The translations under genes and the position numbers were made by a program. Of a stretch of DNA of 64,000 nt, positions 24,771-38,918 are shown piece after piece. Below the pieces are notes generated by a model. It ran no database searches. It was given only the letters and a program-made list of their open reading frames with translations, and had not been told where the DNA came from. Position 1 is the stretch's first letter. Every line of letters starts with the position of its first letter. Origin of the DNA: Octopus vulgaris (Eukaryota); assembly GCA_951406725.2 (NCBI GenBank), contig OX597818.1:92938001-93002000 (forward strand), written 5' to 3'.

Positions 24771-25868
24771 TAAGGTGGCGAGCTGGCAAAATTATTAGCA
24801 CGCTGGACAAAATGCTTAGCAGTATTTCAACAAACAAATTCTACTGAGGTCAACTTTGCCTTTCATCCTTTCAGGGTTGATAAATTAAGTACTAGCGAAA
24901 CGCTGGTCGATGTAATTGACTAGTTTCAGGCCTTGTGCCTCTAGTATAAGGGATTATTATTATTACCCCTGCCTTAGGGAAGGCGGGGGTATTGTTTTCA
25001 GTCATGTTTGTTTGTTTGTCCATGGATAAGATATCTCAAGAACCACTGGATGGATTCGGATGAAACTTTCAGGGATGTTTGGCCTCGTGACTGACACGAA
25101 CTGATTAGATTTGGGGATCGATCCAGTACCGGACAAAGATTCTGGATTACTTTTCCAGTTTTTTTTACTTAATTTTTGAGAGTGGTTGGGCTCATTTTTA
25201 GTATTTTCGTTTGTGAGAGAAGTCGAGTTTATTTCAGATATTCTCATTTTAAAAATCATCTCTGGCTAATCGTTGAGAGGACGTTGGTGTTGCCTTGGCA
25301 GAGGTTTGTGCTCTGAGTGTTATTGTTATTAATATTATTGAGTGAGTGAGAGAGCAGTGCATGCCATCAAAGAGACACTGGGGTAAAATATATGAAGCTC
25401 AGTATATCCATCATGACTACTGTCTGATAAGGATACATCAGGCAAGTGCATCACAACCATATGTGTGCGACATGGAGATCTCATAACAAGATAAACAGTG
25501 CATGACCTTGCAGGTAGGACCTAGTTACAATTTTCTTCTGGTCAAGTAGCCTGTCCTGCTCAAAAGGTTGTTGAACAAAACACCCATGTTCCCAGAGGAT
25601 AATTATTCAAATCCCAAAGAATTCCTCTCAACACTATAATGCTATAATGCGCCTCAACTACTTCTGCTTGTGATCAGAGATGCACATATCTTCATCTACC
25701 AAGGGACATGCTCAACTGGTTATGGTCAAACAGCCTACAAGCAAATCTGTGGTATTGAGCAAAATATTTGCTGTAAACTATCTTTTATACAAAACATGTA
25801 CATGATAACACTTCCAATCAGTTAAGACCAAAAGCCATGAGAGCTACTGCCTGGTATTGCATCAGGGC

Positions 25869-25901
<33 letters not shown>

Positions 25902-26572
25902 CATTGAGAAGGCAGTGTGCTGACAGAATTGTTAGCACGCCAGGCAAAATGCTTAATGGTATTTTGTCTGCTGCTATATTATGAGTTCAAATTCCATCGA
26001 GGTCAACTTTGCCTTTTATCTTTTTGGGGTCAATGAAATAAGTTCCAGTTGAGTACTGGGGGACGATGTAATCGACTATGCCCTTCTCCTAAATTTCAGG
26101 CCTTGTGCCTATAATAGAAAGGATCATTATTAGTATTGTAGTGGTGGTGGTGAGCTGGCAGAATCATCACCACCATCTTTATGTTCTGAGTTCAAATTCT
26201 GCCCAAAGTCAATTCTGCTTTTCATCCATTCAAGGTTGATAAAATAAGTACCAGCTGAGCACTGGAGATTGATTAATCAACTAGCCCCCTTTCCCAAAAT
26301 TTCACACCTTGTGCCTATAATAGAAAGGATTATTATCATCATTATTCCTAGTTTTATAATAGCAAACTGGTAGAATCATTAACACATCAAAGTGCTATGT
26401 GGCACAGCTTCTGAATCTTTATGAACTGAGTTCAAATCTTACTGAGATCAGCTTTGCTTTACAATCTTTCAGAGTTGATAAAATAAAGTACCAGTTAAGT
26501 ACTAGGGTCAATGTAATCAACTAGCCATCCCTCCTCTCAAAATTCCTGGCCTTATGCCAAAAGTAGAAAGAA
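24771..26572 (+). mobile_element. Cluster of SINE family B copies (about 24771-24955, 25908-26125, 26145-26335, 26358-26572) with other repeats between
   Basis: Plus-strand GGTGGCGAGCTGGCA..GCCTTTCATCC..GGCCTTGTGCCT units, each following (ATT)n-like runs. Confidence 0.8.
24960..25328 (+). mobile_element. Helentron-associated (HINE/DINE-like) non-autonomous element
   Basis: Start TTATTACCCCTGCCTTAGG..GGTATTGTTTTC then (TTTG)n; subterminal inverted CCTTGGCAGAGG, 3' hairpin GTGCTCTGAGTGT and a T-rich end. Confidence 0.65.
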
Positions 26573-27426
26573 TTGTAGTTCCTAGCCATGTAATAAAATA
26601 GTTTTGGTGTTATAGCCTAGGATGAAAACTTATGCATCTAACAACTGAAGGACTGAAATTCTGGTCTAGTTGCATTTCATTCAATTTTGATTATACACAG
26701 AAAATCATACATACTGTTACTTCCTTAAGCCAATGATCTACTAGCAGGAGAGCTTCAGGGTTGTCAGTCAACCTGTTAAAAACTACAACTCACTCACTCT
26801 CAAACCTAACCCGGTATTCTAATAGAAATGGCAAGACACAGTGGATATAGCAGGGCATAGTGGGTAGGGTAGTCCAAGATGGGTATAAGACATGTTGGCA
26901 CAGCCTTTTGATATCAAATAAGTCAGCATCAATTCAGTAATGCCAAATAAGTGGCACCCAGACATTTTAATGTTTCTCTCTCTTTATCTATGTTAGCATC
27001 TACTTATGTTTGTATGTATAATATCTCTCTCACTCTGTCCCTCAGTCACTGTCTCTCTCACTCCGTGTTGGCCTTCAATGCCAAAAAGTACTGTTCTCCA
27101 AAACAGGCCAGAACATCCAGTCAACCAGACCAAATTGTCACTGCCCAAACAACTGTGCCCTGCCACCTCCTTCCATTCTGAGATACACTGTTATGGCTGG
27201 ATTTTCTCCGCTCATAAGGTAGCTTAATCACAGCTGATCTGAGGCTAAACAGCAACAATGCTACAATCCTCAATGATATCGCCATGACCAAACAACAATG
27301 AGTGAAACATATTTAGCTGCAGCATGAAGGAATTTTCCCTACTTTAGGGAAATAATATCACCAGTTAAACCCTCTGCTCCACCACCCCTAACCTGTCCCA
27401 TGAAACAATAAAATTCTCAAACCTAC

Positions 27427-27499
27427 CTTTCCTGACAATCTCTTTTACAGTACAGCCTGTCAGGTCCATTATGGTAGATAGCTTCTCAGAGTCTAATGT
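27427..27499 (-). CDS. PLEK: Pleckstrin-like exon (TLDSEKLSTIMDLTGCTVKEIVRK)
   Basis: Acceptor ttttgtag, donor gtaggt; phase 0 to 1; DLTGCTV fits the PH L.GC.V strand. Confidence 0.85.
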
Positions 27500-29462
27500 C
27501 TACAAAAACAGTGCAGAATTTTAATTAACAACATGGCCAAGAAGGGTTTGAGACATTAACATCAACATTATCATCACTTAACATCCATGTTCCATGCAGA
27601 GATGGTTTAGACAATTGATGGATCCAAAAAGTGCATTATACTCCAATATCTGCTATACTGTTTTTTTTACAGCTAGATGTCCTTTCTAATATCATCAACC
27701 TTACAGCATATGATTGGTGTTTTTTTACATGGTACCAGCATGATTGAGGTCGCTCTGCAGTCTGCAAGACTAAAATCCCTTTGTTTGAGTGGGGCTACAG
27801 TAGAAAGGAAGGCAGCTTTATGCTAGGAGATGAGGGGATAAAGGTTGAGGGAAAGGGTCCAGAATAGAAGAGGCTTCCTATTGTAGAGGAGCTAAATGGT
27901 TATTCATATTATAAAAGAGAGGTTGAGAATGGCCAGGGTGGATCTTCAAGCTACACAATGAGGAGTGAGTGGGGATTAGAGTATAAGGAGCACAGATGGG
28001 TAAAGGTTGCAAGAATGAATGGGAGAGAAAGATGGTTTGAGATGGGTATGGGTGAGAGGATGAATAAAATGATGAACAGGAGTTAAAGGGATAAATAAGG
28101 AAGGTAGGGAAGAGTGACAAGTGTAAAAATTATGTAGGGTTCACAGATGACCAATAATACATTTGAGTTGCTGACAAAATCGGTAAATGTTGATTTCTGT
28201 GAATGATGGAACATTGACAATGAAGTAGCTTGCTATGGGTTGGATGGGAAAACAAAGAAAAGAGATCAACTGACACAAACTTTTATAACTTGTTCTGACT
28301 TACCATACAACAGGAATAAACAAAGAGAGCTGCTACATGGTTGCTCAACCATACAGTAGCTAAGTTTCCCTTACACCATGCTATCTTAGAAAAAACATCT
28401 TTGTGATTATCCAATGTGCAAAAAATAGCAGCCAAATCTACCTCAAACTACACCACACCATCTTTTAAAAAAACAGAAACATTGCATAATATAGTCTGGG
28501 GGAATACATGGCCAAGAAAAAAAAAAAAATGACAAGGTCATGGCTGGGATGTCTTTAATCATAGATCTGTTCAAGCAATACCAATTTATAAGAAATAGCA
28601 ACCAAATTTTCTGAAAATCACACCACAATTTTTTAAAAAATGGTATGGTCACAGCTGTTATGTGAAATAGTATTCTTTGTCTACGTTGCTGTAGCAATTG
28701 AGATATTATGATTGAAATATTTGGTTGTGTGAAGAAATGAATATGACTAAGAGAATAGTTTTGGTCATATGTTCAGATGTCTGATTTAAGTTAGCAGTGA
28801 AGTATACTTACTGCTAGAGGTCATTGGTATAGGACTGGCAAAATTTTGACTAGTGGTCTACATGTACCAGATCTTTCAGGAATCAATGTTGATATGCAGC
28901 CAGAAAATATCAGTCTGACTACCTGACAAGTGTAGAGACAGTCATGGCTGGGTAAAAGCTGGATTTTGAGATGATAAGGAGGTCTAATGTGGATGGAGTA
29001 TTAGCATGTCTGTCAGATATTTTTAAACAAGGAAACCAGCTGGTGCAGACAGTTCAAAATAATAGTCAATAGAGAATTCAATAGCTCTTACTTTTCAGAG
29101 GAGTATGAGAACCAAAAGGAGTAGTGTGGTGAATTTATTAATAAGAATGATGAATTCAATGAAAAGTAAACTGAGATCACTGACCTCAATACAGGATGAG
29201 CAATACTTGAATAAATTGAAGGTGTTCAGTGAATGACAGAGACGGGAAATGAACTTAGTGAGGAATACAGAGTGTGGCTAGAGTAACTTGAAGTGTTTAA
29301 CTTGGGGATACAAGAAAGGTGTGAGTAAAGGGAAAGCAGACACCATCTACCAAAAAGAAAATACAATAAAGTGTGAGAGGAATGATTTATAAAAGGGTAT
29401 TAAGGAGCCATCAGATGCTAAAGTAACCAGACTGACAAGAGGTCGACAAGATGAGAACTCAC

Positions 29463-29546
29463 AGCTGTAGCTTTATGATATTCTAAAGTTGTGGGATTTT
29501 CTCGAAGAATCACTTTCACAGCTTGCCATCCTGGACTCAGGTTTTT
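29463..29546 (-). CDS. PLEK: Pleckstrin-like exon (KNLSPGWQAVKVILRENPTTLEYHKATA)
   Basis: Acceptor cttttcag, donor gtgagt; phase 0/0; aligns with pleckstrin W..RKFILREDPAYLHYY (recalled). Not in the ORF-track frame. Confidence 0.88.
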
Positions 29547-29721
29547 CTGAAAAGACAAAAATACAGCAGATACAATTAACATTTCTTCTCAGTTTCAGTA
29601 AATATTGAGAAAAACAATTCAGAACTGAAGATGGAGGGTAGTACACAGAAGGTATTTTATTGAAAGGGATAGAGAACAAGTACTGACTGCAGCAGAAACA
29701 CCTCAATGAAATGAGGTGTTT

Positions 29722-30025
29722 CATCATCATCATCATCGTTTAATGTCTGTTTTCCATACTAGCATGGATTGAACAGTTCAACCAGGGTCTGGGAAGCCAG
29801 GAGACTGCACCAGGCTCCAGTCTGATCTGGCAGTGTTTCTACAGCTGGATGCCCTCCCTAATGCCAACCACTCAGTGAGTGTTGTGGGTGCTTTTTACGC
29901 GCCACCGGCATGGACACCAGTCCAGGCAGCGCTGGCATCGGTCACGTTTGGATGGTGCTTTTTACGTGCCACCGGCATGGGTATCACAACTACAATTTCT
30001 ATTTGATTTTTATTTTGATGTTGAT
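29722..30025 (-). mobile_element. RTE LINE 3' end with only two copies of the array core
   Basis: Matches 5434-5680 and 6120-6200; (CAT)n tail. Confidence 0.85.
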
Positions 30026-30718
30026 AATGAGATAATGAGAGTGCTCAACTGGTACTTCATTTAATCAACTCTAAAAGAATGACAAGCAAAGTCAATCCTT
30101 GAACTCAGAACATAAAGGACCAGAAAAAAACCCATCAAGCATTTTGTCTGGTATAGTAACAATCCTGCCAGTTCACTGCCTTAATAATAACTCTTTCTAC
30201 AATAGGCACAAGGCCTGAAATTTGTAGGGAGGGAGCTAGTTGGTTACCTTGACCCCAGTGCTCAATTGAGCAGGATGGATTACTTGACCAGAAGAAAATT
30301 CTAACTAAGCCCCACCTTTAAGATCATGCACTGTTTATCTTGATTTGAGATCAACACATCGCACAAATATGGTTGTGATGCATGTACTGGTATACCCTTA
30401 TCAGATGGGTAGTCATGATGGGTATATTGGGTTTCGTATATTTGTACCCCAGTTTAAGGTGGCAAGCTGGCAAAAACGTTAGCACACCAGGCAAAATGCT
30501 TAGCAGTATTTCATCTATCTTTACGTTCTGAGTTCAAATTCCACTGAGGTCGACTTCGCTTTCATCCTTCCAGGGTCAATAATTTAAATACCAATTGCAT
30601 ACTGGGCGTCAACCTAATTGACTGGTCCCCTCCACCAAAATTTTGGGACTTGTGCCTACAGTAAAAAAGTATATTTGTCACTTTGATGGCATGCACTCCT
30701 CTCTCATTCAATAATTTA

Positions 30719-31530
30719 CTAGCTGGACCCATGAAAACTTCACGGAAAACAAAAAATATAAGCATCTGTAAATAGAGTCTTCACTTAATAACTATCGAAT
30801 AATTATATATAAGCAGGACCCTGGGAAATTATACAAAATACTAAAAATGTAAGCATCTTTAAATAGTGACCATATTTGAGTATCGAATACTTTTTGTTAT
30901 ACTACTAATAATCATAAATATTTATACAATATAATTTGATATTTTTGAAATTCAACAGTTCATATACATGCACATTGCACAATGCTGACTTCCACGTGAG
31001 CACTGAGGTTTTTTTTTTAACTGGTACCACCTGTAGTCCAGGAGGTTTGAGCATTGATGCCTTTTGTTCTTAACTGATACCACCTGTAGTCATTGAGTTC
31101 ACTCCCTCCAAGAGTTTTCCTCTCCTGCTAAACAGCTTGAGTGTTGTTGTAATTGACTATATTGAATTGGAGGGCAGCGAAGTATCTCGTGCTGGGGGTT
31201 GAACACTATTAGACTGAGTTGCTGTCAATGCTGCAGACTTTGGAGATGGTGGTGGTGGTGGTGATGCAATTTCGTGGTTTGCTGGTATGGTGTGGGAGGA
31301 GGCCGCTGCGAGAGAGATCCAGCAGGCTCCGCCAACTCATTCTCCGGTCTTGAAAGTGTAATCTGGATGTGTAATGATGGAGCTAGCTGGCAGGTGTGGT
31401 GGTGATGGTAGCTGGCACAGTGGTCTTCCTCACAATACTTCATGGTAGACAATATTTTGTGTGTATGTCACACCACGGGCAGGCGGTCAGTCAGTCGGCA
31501 GACAGACAGACAGGCAACATTACTTTTTGC
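30719..31530 (-). mobile_element. Probable Helitron of a second family (5' end degenerate)
   Basis: Minus strand ends CCGTGAAGTTTTCATGG hairpin + GTCCAG-CTAG|T; (TCTG)n near the presumed 5' end. Confidence 0.5.
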
Positions 31531-31779
31531 AATTTCCATATTTTCAACTGCTTTACCATATAGCCGAAAACGAAAAGTTTTGCAGTGTTTTTTCTATGAC
31601 GATATGAGAACGGTTTCATTCTCTTTCACTATTATTCTGTATCCACTTCTTTCTTTCACTCAATCTATCTAATTCTGTCTCCCCCTCTCACTCTCTTTCC
31701 ACTCCCTACCCTCTCCCTCCTCTATGTCTCCTTGGATCTCACCCTTCCTCCTGCATTTAATATATCTCCCCCTCAGCTG

Positions 31780-33040
31780 TCCTCATCTATAAATATCACA
31801 GGTCCATACCAGCAGGATTTCTTGCACACTACATCTGATTAATTCTGATGCCCAGTTTTTCACTTGAAGAATTTGTACTTTGTCATATGCTGACACTTAT
31901 GGTAAACTAGCAGCATAGCCCAGCGTTGCCCGGGTATGTAAGAGCCCCTAGTAGGCAACGACTAATCCCAATCTAGTTCTTTCCCTCTAGGGAATGAAGG
32001 CGCATGTGTAGGTTGCAATGTCTTCTCTTCACTCAAATACTTCTATGTATACGATGTTCCTAGCTGTCTCCCGACAGAAAATGTGTTGCATATAAAAAGC
32101 TTAGATTCTCGACCCCATGTCGAATTTATCGATTTTTTTCAGAACTGGGGGAACTTTTCAAAATTTTCACTGCGTTAGTTTTGAATTATGACATTGGGCT
32201 ATGTGTGTGTCAGGTTTCATCAGAATCGGTTGAAAGCCGTGGTCAGGATGAGGGTACAACCTGACAGATACACAGACAGACAAACTGCCGTTTATATATA
32301 TAGATGTCCAGTAGAACATACTAGCTTCATTTCTTTCCAGTTTTAAGTCCTCTGCATTCAAGGCTCATGTCTCACTAGCATGCAGCATTGCAATTCTAAC
32401 ACAAATATCATGTAATCTGTCCTTCACTGTGAAGGAAAAGGCCTTGTTGCCAGAAGTGGTAGAAGCTCCTTGTACGTTTACAACTTGGTTCCTATACTTT
32501 CAGAACAAACATCTTCCTTCCTTAGTAAATGTAGGTAACAAAAGTTATTGACTAGTAGTGAGTCAGTCAGACATTTAAGACAATCAACGTCTGTTGTGTT
32601 CATTGTACTTACAGCTCCAGTGCATCTGTTACAAATGAAGCTTACTTTCTCTGTTAGCTTGTCTATTATTCCACTATACCTGCTCTGTGTCCACAGCTTA
32701 CATTGTGTATAGCATTTGCGGTTTGTACTCAAATTTATATTTACTCCTTTCATGCATATTTAGTAAGACCATTTTCCTGAAGATACTAGGGTCCTGTTTA
32801 ATTCCCCTATAGATTCAGCTAAGAGAGTTAGATCGTCAGCATATGAGAGTTCCCAAGGAGAGCCTGTCTTCATCTCTTCAGTGATGGTACATAGGGTTGT
32901 GATGAATAAGAGACTAAGAACTGAATTTAACCTGGAACTCCTAACCTCACATCAAATTTATCACTGAAATTGTTGTTGACCCTCCTCACTTTGCTTGCTT
33001 CATCTTTGTACATTAGCTTGTGCAGCTCTCACAAGCCATT
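31780..33040 (-). mobile_element. Old RTE LINE remnant interrupted by a Helitron
   Basis: AEDLKLERNEASM, CTQCKLWT-like and YADDL(TL) fragments homologous to 6338-7500. Confidence 0.75.
31907..32304 (-). mobile_element. Complete non-autonomous Helitron (398 bp)
   Basis: Minus strand reads A|TCTATATATATAAACGG...CCCGGGCAACGCTGGG..CTAG|T; AT target inside the LINE. Confidence 0.88.
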
Positions 33041-33208
33041 CTACACCCAAAAGCAGTCTATTGTGGACAACAATGTAGTTACTGTCCACTCAACAACCAG
33101 CTGGAGCCACACCAATGAGCAGTAATCAACAATAACTAAACCAATCAAGGAACTATATGTAGGAACCATCCCAAAAGACTGTAGCAAGAACAAACATAGG
33201 GAACATAC

Positions 33209-33364
33209 CTTTCTTAATAAGAAACTTTCTTTTATCACTTTCCCCTTCTTTGGAGATCTTTTCTGGCTTTCTCCTTCGTCCTCATCTTCCTCTTCTGAGC
33301 TGCTGGAATCACTGTCTGTGTTGTCTGAGTAACTATCACGTTTGGCCCCCATATTCAGAGAAGT
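33209..33364 (-). CDS. PLEK: Pleckstrin-like exon (acidic linker and start of C-terminal PH: KGKVIKESFLLRK)
   Basis: Acceptor ttctgttgtag, donor gtatgt; 156 nt, phase 0/0. Confidence 0.88.
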
Positions 33365-34759
33365 CTACAACAGAACAGAAATTTAAAGATGTCACTAGCG
33401 TTATTTTGGACAAGAGTGTTATAAACAGTAAAATTGGTGATATTTCCTTTCACAATATCAACTGTAAAACTGTTTCAAGGATCAGGACATATATTTAAAT
33501 AAGGAAAAAAAAATAAAACATTAGTGTCAGTAAACAATAACAGAGCAGCACAAAAATAAAGGAATATGCTATCCCCAACAGTGCACAGAATATTTTACTA
33601 CAGAGATTTTAGATATATTCACTTAACTCCAGCTCCACTGAAAGAAACAACTCAAACTCATGTTGAAATGCTTTGTACCTCAAGAAATGCCAATAATAAA
33701 CACACTGGTTCTATTTCACTTCTTTTATTGTAGTTAATCAATTGATAAACCATTTAACAAATCAACTGTTTAATTATTCAGTCAATTAATCAATTGGCTA
33801 AGTTTGGCAAAGTCCTTCTCTTACTATTCACAGCCTCATCAATGACATGCCTTCTCTACTCTAGGTCTGCTTTACAAAAAGAAAGGAGTAATAACGAGGA
33901 TATAATTGAACAAATCCAATCCCTACCTTTAATTGTCTTTGGATTAGTGCTACTAAGTACTCTATTACTGTAAAAAAATTTACCATAAGCACAAACTGGA
34001 AATTTAGTGATCATTCAATAAAGATGCATTGAAGTGGGATAAATTTCTGAAGGGTTTTATAGTTATGGAGGAGTTTTTCATAGTTGGCCATTAATAGCAA
34101 TTTAAAGTATATACTAACACTACTACAAACATACCTAAACTGCAACACTTACTGAGTAGAACAGGTACAGGCAACCTTTTTCAAGAAGTGGGCTGCATGA
34201 GATGTAACTTATTAGGTGTGTCACACTTCTAAAAAATTTCAAGGTAATTTTTGTTAGGTGTGCCATTCAGAAAGGTGCCACTCAGTGGGATTGAACCCAA
34301 AACCATGTGGTTGGAAAGCAAATTCTCAACCACTCATCTATGCCCCTTTCTGATAACACATTTGTATGTTTAGGGTAGACCCCAGTCAAGCAGACCTATA
34401 AGCATGTAAATGGTCGTCTGAGAAATTAGGTGCAATTCACAAATCTATAACTCAGAAAATGCTTTAACTTTGTCTATCTAGTTGAGGATCATACTTCACA
34501 TTCTAAACCAGTCAAGAGCAACCAACCCAATCTTTCAAATTAATTTAACCAAACAGGATATTGTTAGATTCCTTTCAACAAGGAGATTATTACACATGGG
34601 CTAAAAAAGACAAACCACAGAGTATATGTTGACTAACAGACAGACATGTTATTTCACCAGTGAATTATTCAACTAGTACTGATTTAGACTATTTTATCAA
34701 AATTCCAACCACAAATCAGTTTTATGAAAGAATGGTAAAAATAATTATTGAACACTTAC

Positions 34760-34932
34760 AAATCTGTACAGACTCTCACCATCTTTAAACCTTTCACCAG
34801 CAATAGCAGAACCATCATTGAGTTCAATCTCCTGCAGATGGCCCAGCTTCAACAGAGTCTGGGCCATGGCAGCACCATCCTCTCTGTTTCGAACAACTGA
34901 CCACCTTAGCAGCCAGTTGACTAAATCACAAC
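34760..34932 (-). CDS. PLEK: Pleckstrin-like exon (DEP domain)
   Basis: GCDLVNWLL..NREDGAAMAQTLLKLGHLQEI..FKDGESLYRF is a DEP signature; acceptor attgcag, donor gtaagt; phase 1 to 0. Confidence 0.92.
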
Positions 34933-35706
34933 CTGCAATGAAAATAAACAAACACACGAGGAATATACAGATAGTTTCATACATCGGCTAGCTGTGAGAA
35001 TGATCTCAGGAAGAAAACAATCCAATGTCAGCCTTGGAAGGATTCAAACTCAAAATCAAAGTGGTGCAAGACATTTATCCAGCTGTGTGATAAGAAGTAT
35101 GCTTCCCAAACACATGGTTTCAGAGTTCACTCCCATCATGTGATACTGAGGGAAAGGCATCTTCCACTGTAGCCCAGGGTAATCAAAGCCTTGTGAATGG
35201 ATTTGGCAAATGAAAGCTGAAAGAAACTAATTATGTATGTGTGTGTGTGTGTGTGTGTGTGTATGTGATTGTCTCTTTGCCTTGACATCATATGATAGTT
35301 GTAAACAAATGTCATTCTCAAGCAAGTGGTGCACCTTTCCAGTCTTCCATGAAAACATGCCTGGTCTGGGGAAATATTACCTTACTTGGAAACAAGGATT
35401 GGAGGTATGAAGGGCATCTGGTTGTAGAAAATCCACCTCAACAAAATTTTGTCCAACTCATGCATGCATAGAAAAGCAGATGCTAATGCAATGATAATAG
35501 TTTTCTGAAACCAGCAAAGTTGACCCTCAGCTCATAGATTCAGTATCACTATCCATTTGACCAGTCCTGGCTAGCCTTCTCAAAACAATAAAAAAATAAA
35601 ATAAAAAGCTATTTCTCCACACTCTAACATGAAGGCACAAGCCATCGCTCCAAACACACACACACACACAAAATGATTTTAGATGGTACAAGCTAATTCT
35701 TCTTAC

Positions 35707-35798
35707 CTTGGAAACAGTTTCTATACACAACTCCACCTCGTAAGTGCATGCCAAGTTCAACCCCAGCACCAGGCTCTTGGATTGTACCAATTATTTCA
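35707..35798 (-). CDS. PLEK: Pleckstrin-like exon (DEP start: EIIGTIQEPGAGVELG..YRNCFQ)
   Basis: Acceptor ttgactccag, donor gtaaga; phase 2 to 1. Confidence 0.9.
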
Positions 35799-36209
35799 CT
35801 GGAGTCAAGAGAAAAAGAAAATGCAGAAGTTGGAAATAATGTCACACTAAATATTTTATTGTAATAAAAGGGAATGTAATAATCTAGAGAATAATGTAGC
35901 ATAATAATGAAGAGGAGAGGAATGTTAAATTCATTCTGTTTGAAGGGTATGCATGTATATATATCAAAAGGATGTGTTATAATACTATTCCACATATACA
36001 AAAACAGCCATACCAACGATCCAACATACCTCTATCATCAGCTGCCTCACGGATATCATTAGGGGTTCGACACCTGGGCAGTACCATTCAATCCAGCAAT
36101 GTCAACAGCCCTAAAATAAGTGTTGTTTGGGAACAAACAAACCAAAGAAACCACAACTTTCAAACATATTTACCCTATGTACAACCGTATCAGTAAATAA
36201 ATTTAATAA

Positions 36210-36246
<37 letters not shown>

Positions 36247-36419
36247 TTTGGTGATGCAAACAGGAAAATAAAATTCAAAACATGTATTTTAATAATCATC
36301 ATCAGAAGTTACAGAGAGATTAAAGGACCAAGAGTTTGTGCATCGGTAAGTTCCAAGGCATGAAACTCGCAGTCCTTGAACCAGTCTAACTTCTTCCAAT
36401 TATTAATGAAGAAGTGTGA

Positions 36420-36458
<39 letters not shown>

Positions 36459-38044
36459 CAGATAAAAATATGGTGTTAGCAAATCATAGTTTATGATTTT
36501 AAATCAAATGCTGATATGTCATTATTTTTAAAGAAGATACTATTCCATGTGTCTTAATTCACTTAAATGACAGGAAATTGGTAGTAGAACTTCTGGGGAA
36601 AAGTTATTACTGAAAGTTGCAGAACACTATCCAGTGTTTTATAATCTTTCATCCACTGAACACCATAGAAACTAAAAATAAATACCAGTTCTGTGAAGTG
36701 TGTAGTCTTGAAATGCATGTCACAACTGGCTGCACCAACAGTATAACTGTAAACTGGTTAAAAGGGTCAGTCACCTTGTTAACCCAATCTATAGAGCTGT
36801 TAATAGGAACCATATGCTGGTACAGTTCAGCAAAGCAATCACATCACAGAACTGTTGCTACACCTAGAAAATCTAAAATATTTCAGAACCTCAATCAATT
36901 ATTCTCACTAAGTTGCTTAAAGACTTGACACTATGGTTTCCAGTCTCAATTGGAACTATTTCACTCCACATATCATATTTACTCATGAATCATAAGTTGC
37001 ATCCCTAATTTAGTGTTAAATCTTAGTACAAAATTTTCTTCTTTCATATTCAAACTTGACATCAACTTTGCCCTATATATAAGTCCCTCATTTTTTTTTT
37101 TGCAGTTAAAATTAGGCATAACATTGCGCAACTTATACACATGTAAATATGGCATACATTCAAAGGATTTAAAAAAAGATATCAATGGTACCACTTCACA
37201 CTTAACACGTCCTCTTCAAAGTCTCAGCTTCTTAGTTCTTAACAACATAAATGGTTTTATTGCATTGTAACTCCAGATCAATGGATAAGCTACAGCAAGC
37301 CACTTTACCCAACCTAACAATTATCTTTAAAAAAGCACCCAGTACACACAGTAAAGTAGTTGACATTAAGGACATCCGGCTGTAGAAACCACGCCCAAGT
37401 TACACAATGGGGTTCAGTGACCAGTGCTGACCTCTAGCTCGTTGGTTCCTGGCAAATTGTGCCACTCTTGCCAGCATGGAAAAAGGGACATATGATAATG
37501 AAAAAACAGTTTGCAAATGTATGCAAATATCTGAACATGTATAATACAACTTACTACTAGCTTTTAAAAAAAATCTGTAATGATTTTATGCACCACAAGA
37601 CTAATTCTCACAGAAGACCCGTTGGTTTATTGCACTCCTTTTTAGAGGATAACTGAGAGCATCTACTCAAAGGATTTGAACTCAAAACATTGGGAATCAA
37701 TCTAAATAAAGTTTGCACACACTAATCTTTCTCCATTATCAACAACTCTGGAAATATCACTACAGTAATATAGCACAGAGAAAGGTCACCATAAAACCTG
37801 GCCTCATGGAAAAACATTCATAATTTTTTTCCCTTGGACCTTGTGATTATGGTGTTGCTATAATCTATATATGCAATAAAGGATGATCAGAAAATGCAAG
37901 ACCTAAGAAGTACTTTGGACAGTAATCAGAAAAAAAAATAATGTGCTGAAGACTATTGCTTAGCATTCTTAGTAGGGCTAGATCTACAGAAAATCAAAAA
38001 GGTACATATGGTGCAGTAGCAAAAAAGAAATGAGGTGCAACCAA

Positions 38045-38077
<33 letters not shown>

Positions 38078-38862
38078 AAGTAAGATCCATCAAAACCTCA
38101 ACATTCATTCATGTAGCTTAACATATAGAAGAGTTATTCAAACTTCGATTTGCTCTACCATTCATCTCCAGACACACTGCTATTAATACTTATTTTAAAC
38201 TGCAGCTATTATAACAGGAACTTCTACTTAACCTTCAAGTAAACTTCAAGTAAAATGTCAGTGAACTAGTTTCACCTGTTTGGGGAAGTGAGAGAGCAGC
38301 AAATATTATGAGAATGCTCCTAACTTCTATTCCTCTTCATGTTAAACTTAAAAAACTGTAATAGATGGCCAACAAAAAATTATTGAATTAAGAGTGAAAA
38401 GTGAAGTGAATTTTGACGGAAAATGAACTCAGAATGGAATATGATACCTTACAATCTGTGCTACTTGAGGATTCGGGTATAATGCTCTTGCATTTTTTTT
38501 TTTTTTTGCACCAGTATACATCATTTTGGTCTTCCTCTACTAAGAATGCTAAGCAATAGTCTTCAGTACACAGTAAATGCTAAGAAACTTGGGGAATCTT
38601 TTTAACTGGCCTTTGAAGTTCTTTTTCTACTGATTGCTGCCCAAGAGCCTTTGCAGGACAGTAGGTACTGTGGTATTTTCTTAATCATCCTTTACCAGAT
38701 ATCAATTATAGCATCATTGGGCCCAAGAAGAAAATTTTGAAGGTCTTTCCTTGGGGTGAAAAAGGGTCAAACAGTCTTGTAGGAAGAATGAAGAGAAAGT
38801 GGAGGGGATCAGAGATGCAATGCCAGAAACAAACAAAATAATATATAAAAGTTGCCACTCAC

Positions 38863-38918
38863 CTAACATTTGCATAAACTCGAAAGTGTTGGAACGGCAC
38901 TTTTCTGTGACATGACAC
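38863..38918 (-). CDS. PLEK: Pleckstrin-like exon (linker VSCHRKVPFQHFRVYANV)
   Basis: Acceptor ttttctgcag, donor gtgagt; phase 0 to 2, exactly bridging the neighbouring exons. Confidence 0.8.

Noticed and set aside
31225-31452. His/Pro-rich 75-aa ORF as a host exon or captured gene
   Set aside because: The flanking pleckstrin exons already join in frame; low-complexity (CAC)n inside a probable Helitron.
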